The notes beneath the pieces are model-generated. The model made no database searches, was not told where the DNA came from, and worked only from the letters and a program-made list of their open reading frames with translations. Shown here piece after piece: positions 59,222 through 64,000 of a stretch of DNA of 64,000 nucleotides (position 1 is its first letter; each line of letters begins with the position of its first letter). This DNA comes from Thermoproteota archaeon. Its GTDB lineage: Archaea; Thermoproteota; EX4484-205; JAAOZP01. A program made the translations under genes and the position numbers. The DNA is taken from contig JAWCDE010000005.1 of NCBI GenBank assembly GCA_038861395.1, forward strand, positions 5,022 to 69,021, read 5' to 3'.

Positions 59222-59223
59222 TG

Positions 59224-59655
59224 TTAAACTGATTTTTTAGACTTAACTATATGGATCACCCTGATTTTCCTCCTTCTCAAATAGGATGCTATAAACCTTC
59301 TGTGACAATACTTAGGTTCCGTTTCCAGGCACATTATGCAAGTCCTATTTTTTTCAGCAATTTTCAAGAGCTTTTCAACCCCTTTCTTAAAACTACTTGT
59401 TTCCATATACTTTTCATAACCTTCACGACGATACCCGCCTAACTCCTCTCCAAGCCAGAAATAGGAAATCCCTTTTTTCGGAAGCCATTGCCCCATATTC
59501 TCCCTACAGAAGTGTTCAAGCCTGGACTTTGGAAACCTGCGAACATCTACCAGTATCTTAATCCGATATTTTCTCAACAATCCTAGGAATTCTTCTTTCG
59601 AAAGGCTTCCATGACCTATTGTCCAAAGCATCGTCTTACTCTTATGCATGTTCAA
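59224..59655 (-). CDS. DUF488 family protein
   Basis: WTIGHG, LVDVRRFP.S, ELGGYR, IMCLE....CHRRFIA. Confidence 0.9.
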   Translation of the reverse strand: MNMHKSKTMLWTIGHGSLSKEEFLGLLRKYRIKILVDVRRFPKSRLEHFCRENMGQWLPKKGISYFWLGEELGGYRREGYEKYMETSSFKKGVEKLLKIAEKNRTCIMCLETEPKYCHRRFIASYLRRRKIRVIHIVKSKKSV

Positions 59656-59843
59656 CTAAATGATTACTGGGCTAAGTGGCTTAAATATTAATTGCTATAC
59701 TTCTCAATCGAATCAGGGTTTTTACTTTGCACTAGAAAGTGAGGCTTTTTATTAAACGAATTCGTCACTAAGTTAATCTAAGTCCTTTGAAAAATTTAAT
59801 GTAAGTAAGATTTATATATGTCTAATATAATATCAGCTAGAGC

Positions 59844-60659
59844 TTGAAAATGACCTCGAGTAATCCTATTGAAATATGTTATCCTAAAGAAATAATGTGT
59901 TCTGAGCATCTTCCTGGAGGAAGGCTTGTCGAGTTCTTCGTAAGACTTCGTAGAGAAGCTGAGCCGGAATTCTTCAAAGTTTTTAAAATCAGTATGAAGA
60001 ATATCGTAGAACTATCCGGCTTTTACGATGCAGATATAGAGAAAAATGAGATTTCTATGGGTTTTTTTATAGATATTTCTCATCTAAAAGAAAGCGTTCC
60101 GGAGAAAATAGCTGAGGAGTTTAAAAAGATAGAGGGCGTTTTGGAAGTAAGGTTTTCGCAAAGAATGTTTAAAGACCTTATCATAGATGAGCTTTTCTTC
60201 CCGTTAATGGTCGGCGGTGAGAGAAGCTTCACCATCAGAGTCGAGAGCTTTGGAGTACTACTGAAGAGACTCTACGAGAAGTTCGGAACAGGAGCTGCAG
60301 TAATACTCTATGAAATGGGTATGTCTCTGGGAGAGAGTAAAGTCGAGAGCGTGATTAAAAAGTATAAGGTAGATAAGCATACCGCGTTAAAAATCATACT
60401 GGCTGAGCGCGCAGCCAAAGGGTGGTGTATTGCGGAGGCTGAAGAATCTGACAGTAGGAGGGCGATAATAGTTGTTCGAGAGCTGTTTGAATGCCTGCCC
60501 TTCAAGGATAAGCAGGAGAAGCCTGTAAGCCAGCTTTTCAGAGGGTATCTGGCAGGAGTTTTCCAAAAGCTATATGGCAAAAGCTTTACAGTGTCTGAAG
60601 TGGAATGCATTGCTAAAGGAGATAGCGTTTGCAAGTTCTTGGTAGAAATCGCTAAATAA
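59844..60659 (+). CDS. ACT-like + V4R domain ligand-binding protein
   Basis: KIEGVLEV at the end of an ACT-like unit; LYEMG...G, AKGW, ELFEC, FRGYLAG, EVECIAKGDSVCKF. Confidence 0.8.
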   Translation: MKMTSSNPIEICYPKEIMCSEHLPGGRLVEFFVRLRREAEPEFFKVFKISMKNIVELSGFYDADIEKNEISMGFFIDISHLKESVPEKIAEEFKKIEGVLEVRFSQRMFKDLIIDELFFPLMVGGERSFTIRVESFGVLLKRLYEKFGTGAAVILYEMGMSLGESKVESVIKKYKVDKHTALKIILAERAAKGWCIAEAEESDSRRAIIVVRELFECLPFKDKQEKPVSQLFRGYLAGVFQKLYGKSFTVSEVECIAKGDSVCKFLVEIAK

Positions 60660-60882
60660 ATCCTAAGCCTGAGTTCTTCGGAATATTCTGAAGCTGGAAG
60701 ACCGTGGTGTTGGAGACTAACAACTGAAATCATTAAGGGCTTTTTTATTCAGGCTTTTAAATATCCCATTTTATTCCCTTCATGGTATAAAAATATGGGA
60801 TTATGCTCACGGCAATGCTTAATACATGTGTCCTTCTCTAGTTGCTCGCTCAGGGGCTTGCTAGAGTTCTGGAGGTGGGACA

Positions 60883-61920
60883 ATGATCCCTAGTCTGAAC
60901 CCTCCCGAATACGTGACGTGGCTGCTTACTTCTAGATGTAACCTTAGGTGTGAGCATTGCTACGCTTCCTCCCGCCCCTGGTACGGCGAGCTTGCTGAGG
61001 AGAGAGTGTTGAAAATAGTTGAAGAAGCATGTGAAATGGGTGTTGAAAACCTTCATTTAACCGGTGGAGAACCACTGCTGAGAAGGGATATTCTTAAAAT
61101 ACTCGAGGCTGCAAGCAGGGATATAAAAGCCTCGCTTTTCACAAACCTTAAGGCAATTAATAGGGATAAGGCTAGGAGGCTGAGCTCGCTAGGAGTTCAA
61201 GTCTTCACAAGCGTAGAGGGCGCTGTTAAGAAGACTCACGAAGCTATCCGCGGCCCAGGTTCTTGGAGTCTTTTAATGCGCGGCACAAGTATCCTCAGAG
61301 AGGAGGAGGTCAGTTTCACACCAATATTCTCGATCTCGCGTTTAAACTTCAGGGAGGCTGGGGAATTCGTGCGCCTAGCGGAGCGTCTGGGGGCTTACTC
61401 AGCCGTGCTTCTACCAGTAATGCCCTTCGGGAGAGCGGAATCAAAGGATTTCAGCGCCGACCCCTACACATGTACAAAAGCCATAGACTTGGCTGAGGAG
61501 GTTGCTGAAGAACTCGGCTTTAAAATTGTATTATGGTGCATGCCTTTCGCTAGCCTGTTAGTAAAATCACGCTACGTCTCGTGGGATTCCTGCAAGTCTG
61601 AGAGAAACATGGATATCGGGCCTGACGGAGAGGTTCTTCTCTGCGACACCTTGGACATGCCTGTCTCCAACATCAAGACTAAGAGCCTGAGAGAAGCCTG
61701 GTTTGAATTGAATTCAAACAGCCTCTTCATCGAAATAATGAGCAACAACCCTTGCCCAGACTGTCCTGCAAGCAATAGCTGTAAAGGAGGGTGCTACGCC
61801 CGGTCGTATAAGAAATACGGTTCATTCAACAACCCGGACCCCTTATGTCCTAGGGTTTTAGAAGAATGCTTAAATCCGCCTATTAATATTAAAGGAAAGG
61901 AAGATGTAAAAAAGAAATAA
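60883..61920 (+). CDS. Radical SAM / SPASM domain protein
   Basis: CNLRCEHC, TGGEPL, H..IRG; SPASM C...IGPDGEVLLC...CPDC....CKGGC...DPLC. Confidence 0.92.
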   Translation: MIPSLNPPEYVTWLLTSRCNLRCEHCYASSRPWYGELAEERVLKIVEEACEMGVENLHLTGGEPLLRRDILKILEAASRDIKASLFTNLKAINRDKARRLSSLGVQVFTSVEGAVKKTHEAIRGPGSWSLLMRGTSILREEEVSFTPIFSISRLNFREAGEFVRLAERLGAYSAVLLPVMPFGRAESKDFSADPYTCTKAIDLAEEVAEELGFKIVLWCMPFASLLVKSRYVSWDSCKSERNMDIGPDGEVLLCDTLDMPVSNIKTKSLREAWFELNSNSLFIEIMSNNPCPDCPASNSCKGGCYARSYKKYGSFNNPDPLCPRVLEECLNPPINIKGKEDVKKK

Positions 61921-61952
61921 GATACTAATTTTATAATCTTATAATCTTCCTG

Positions 61953-62501
61953 CTAGTCCCACCACTTTTTCCTCAACGGCATTGCGATTATTTCTCTTAC
62001 CTCGAGCCTCCTAGACTTACTGCTGCTGAATATCTCTCTAGTAGGGGTTGCTCTGGCTACTATCGCGGTGTCAGCACCCTCCCCGCTTCCACCGACTCCA
62101 ATAACATTCTCATACCGTTTTACAAGATCCTTATCAGCAGCTATTAGAATCACTTCTACAGCCACCTTAAAACCCTGTCCAAGAGTGTAGAAAGAATCCC
62201 TAACTCTATCCATTCCTCTACCGTGCAGTGGCAGATGAGTATTGTCAACAGCTAATCCTCCTAACTTAATTATCCTCTCCTTGAACTCAGGATCCATCCT
62301 CTCATGGGAAACAACTACTAAGTCTGCTTTCCTCCTTAGAGCTTTAGCAAATTTAAGCCCTGTTCTCCCAGAAGTGCTAGCAACAACTACTGTATTAATA
62401 TCATTTAACAGAATCCTTTTTGCAACGGCTTTTATAACCTCGTCAGTATTCTCTGGACCTGGAGTAGCAAAATACCTTATGATTTTCTCATGTTTAGGCA
62501 T
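61953..62501 (-). CDS. Pyruvate-kinase C-terminal-like domain protein (MTH1675-like)
   Basis: YF..PGPENT, VVASTSG.T, GQGFKVAVEV...AAD, GGS..GADTA. Confidence 0.85.
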   Translation of the reverse strand: MPKHEKIIRYFATPGPENTDEVIKAVAKRILLNDINTVVVASTSGRTGLKFAKALRRKADLVVVSHERMDPEFKERIIKLGGLAVDNTHLPLHGRGMDRVRDSFYTLGQGFKVAVEVILIAADKDLVKRYENVIGVGGSGEGADTAIVARATPTREIFSSSKSRRLEVREIIAMPLRKKWWD

Positions 62502-62573
62502 AGGATGTTTGATTATCAGGGTTGCTTAAAACCTTTTGAATAGGGACCATTCCTCTAAATCTCGTTTAAAACA

Positions 62574-62990
62574 ATGGGAAGTGTAGAGGACATTAATGAA
62601 GTTCTTAAGGGGAAGACTCTACTAGTATACCACTACATGCTGCGCAAGAGTAGACCTCTTTCCGTTAGGGAGGTTCAAGCCGGGTTGAGATTTAAAACTC
62701 CTTCTCAAGCCTTTTACCATCTGAACAGGCTTCAATCAGTTGGATTGATCGAGCTTCAGAAAGAGGGTTATGTTGTGAAAGGAATTTACTTAAAGCATTA
62801 TACGGTGATTTCTAAACTCATATCTAGTCGTTTTATCTTTTACTTTGTTTTCTTCGCTATAGCCTTATTAATAGAACTTCTAATCTTAAAACCTGAAGAC
62901 TTCTCAAGCTATTTATTTTCAGTAGCAATCATGTTCCTGGGGACTCTCCTCTTCCTCTATGAAACCATCAGAACTATTCTAATGAAATGA
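62574..62990 (+). CDS. Winged-helix DNA-binding protein with two C-terminal TM helices
   Basis: LKGKTLLVY...SVREVQAGLRFKTPSQAFYHLNRL; paralog of 10003-10467. Confidence 0.8.
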   Translation: MGSVEDINEVLKGKTLLVYHYMLRKSRPLSVREVQAGLRFKTPSQAFYHLNRLQSVGLIELQKEGYVVKGIYLKHYTVISKLISSRFIFYFVFFAIALLIELLILKPEDFSSYLFSVAIMFLGTLLFLYETIRTILMK

Positions 62991-63031
62991 ATTAAGTTTA
63001 AATATTTCTAGGAAAATTTTCGTTTTTAAAG

Positions 63032-63607
63032 ATGAGCGTATTTAAGAAGCTTAAGGAAAAGTTAACTCCCCCCAGAGCTAGATTAACAATAGAGTTGAAG
63101 AAACCATTCTTTGTTCTCGGAGATGCTATAGAGGGCGTAGTGCAATTAGAATCTCAAGAAGAATTTGATTGCACCGAAATAAGATGCGAGCTAGAATGCG
63201 TGGAACGAGTACGTAGAATAAGAAGAGTTTACGACGCGGCTCTTAAGAGGGATATTGAGCAGCAGGTTTGGGAGTCCGCAGTACTGTTCTCAGCAAGGCC
63301 TCAATTAGTTGGGGCAATGCATATTCCTGAGGGGTTTATCCAAAACTTTTCTTTCAAGATACCGATTCCGCCTAGTGCTCAGCCTTCTTTCAAGAGTTTA
63401 GATAGGGTTGTAGTCTGGAATCTCAAAGGGGTTGTTGCTGTAGAAGGCCGTCCGGACGCTACCAGTAAGACCATAGAGCTACAAGTTGCCCACCCCTCGC
63501 AAACCCCTCAACCTACGGTTTCGACAGTTACCTGTAAATATTGCGGGGCTGTTTACCCTGAAAACGAGGTTAAATGCCCCAACTGTGGAGCGCCCCGTAT
63601 GATTTAG
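63032..63607 (+). CDS. Arrestin-N/SpoOM-like beta-sandwich with C-terminal zinc ribbon
   Basis: LTIELKK..F..GD.IEG.V.L, FSFKIP...PSF...V.W.LK..V...GRPD; CKYCG...CPNCG. Confidence 0.7.
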   Translation: MSVFKKLKEKLTPPRARLTIELKKPFFVLGDAIEGVVQLESQEEFDCTEIRCELECVERVRRIRRVYDAALKRDIEQQVWESAVLFSARPQLVGAMHIPEGFIQNFSFKIPIPPSAQPSFKSLDRVVVWNLKGVVAVEGRPDATSKTIELQVAHPSQTPQPTVSTVTCKYCGAVYPENEVKCPNCGAPRMI

Positions 63608-64000
63608 AAAACTCCCAAGCGCTTTTCAGCTTCTTCAATAAGCCTTAGGAAATATTCGCTACTAACATTTTCTCCATTACCTAATCCAGGACATGAAGGG
63701 TCGGTCTCAAAAATGTATTTGCTAGCGATTTTGCGCATGAGAAATGGATAGAACCTGCATACTAAGGGTCTATAAGAATATATTAGGCGTGTATTATGAT
63801 CATCTAGGAAAAACATTTTCCTGAAACTAGCTTCATGGTATAAGGATATTTTTCCTCAATACTTTTATCAGCAAATCTTCTATTCTAAGTTTCGTTGCAC
63901 TTGATATAATTTCACTATCTTTCTTAGTTAAAAGAATTCTTCTCTCAACTCTATCCGTGTTTCTACAACAGTTTCCGCAACGTATGCAATTGAACCTTAC
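63604..64000 (-). pseudogene. YkgJ (CxxCxxCC) family gene with two frameshifts; 5' end lies beyond the window
   Basis: VRFNCIRCGNCC...LRIED / ADKSIEEKYPYTMKLVSGKCF / LDDHNTRLIYSYRPLVCRFYPF...CPGLG in three successive frames. Confidence 0.8.

Noticed and set aside
817-62529. Many short ORFs antisense to or nested in long genes (e.g. 914-1498, 19234-19638, 30443-30895, 42614-43072, 54946-55389, 60308-60733)
   Set aside because: They are shadows of well-supported genes, with no recognisable motifs.
1-64000. CRISPR arrays, rRNA, tRNA
   Set aside because: No regularly spaced repeats or structured-RNA signatures seen by eye; small guide RNAs cannot be excluded without a covariance search.

Overview
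Gene-dense archaeal chromosomal window; no rRNA, tRNA, CRISPR array, integrase or transposase was seen. Ribosomal protein eL13, TIP49, NurA/HerA/Mre11/Rad50, KaiC-like ATPases and a tungsten AOR point to a probably thermophilic, anaerobic TACK-type archaeon (Brockarchaeota/Bathyarchaeia-like; inference). Main blocks: (1) 0-11.7 kb housekeeping genes plus a MoxR AAA / HExxH-vWA operon. (2) 11.7-28.2 kb polysaccharide-utilisation-like locus: two membrane-anchored clan GH-A glycosidases (GH148-like with inserted CBM; GH50-like) and a cytoplasmic family-3 glycosidase surround two OPT-like transporters and a 1525-aa M28-like/FtsX fusion, with no sugar ABC transporter. (3) 28.3-34.4 kb divergent nurA-herA-mre11-rad50 operon. 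(4) 34-50 kb mixed genes, including a second OPT-like paralog that shares a perfect 249-bp inverted repeat with the first, bracketing about 17.6 kb. (5) 50.9-54 kb decayed genes (yjbQ and wHTH pseudogenes). (6) 54.2-60.7 kb candidate undescribed signalling system: HTH-V4R regulator, KaiC-like ATPase, Gretchen-Hagen-3 acyl-amido synthetase and 7TM receptor with a DUF835-like output, plus a nearby ACT-V4R protein. All family calls come from motif recognition by eye; no database searches were run.
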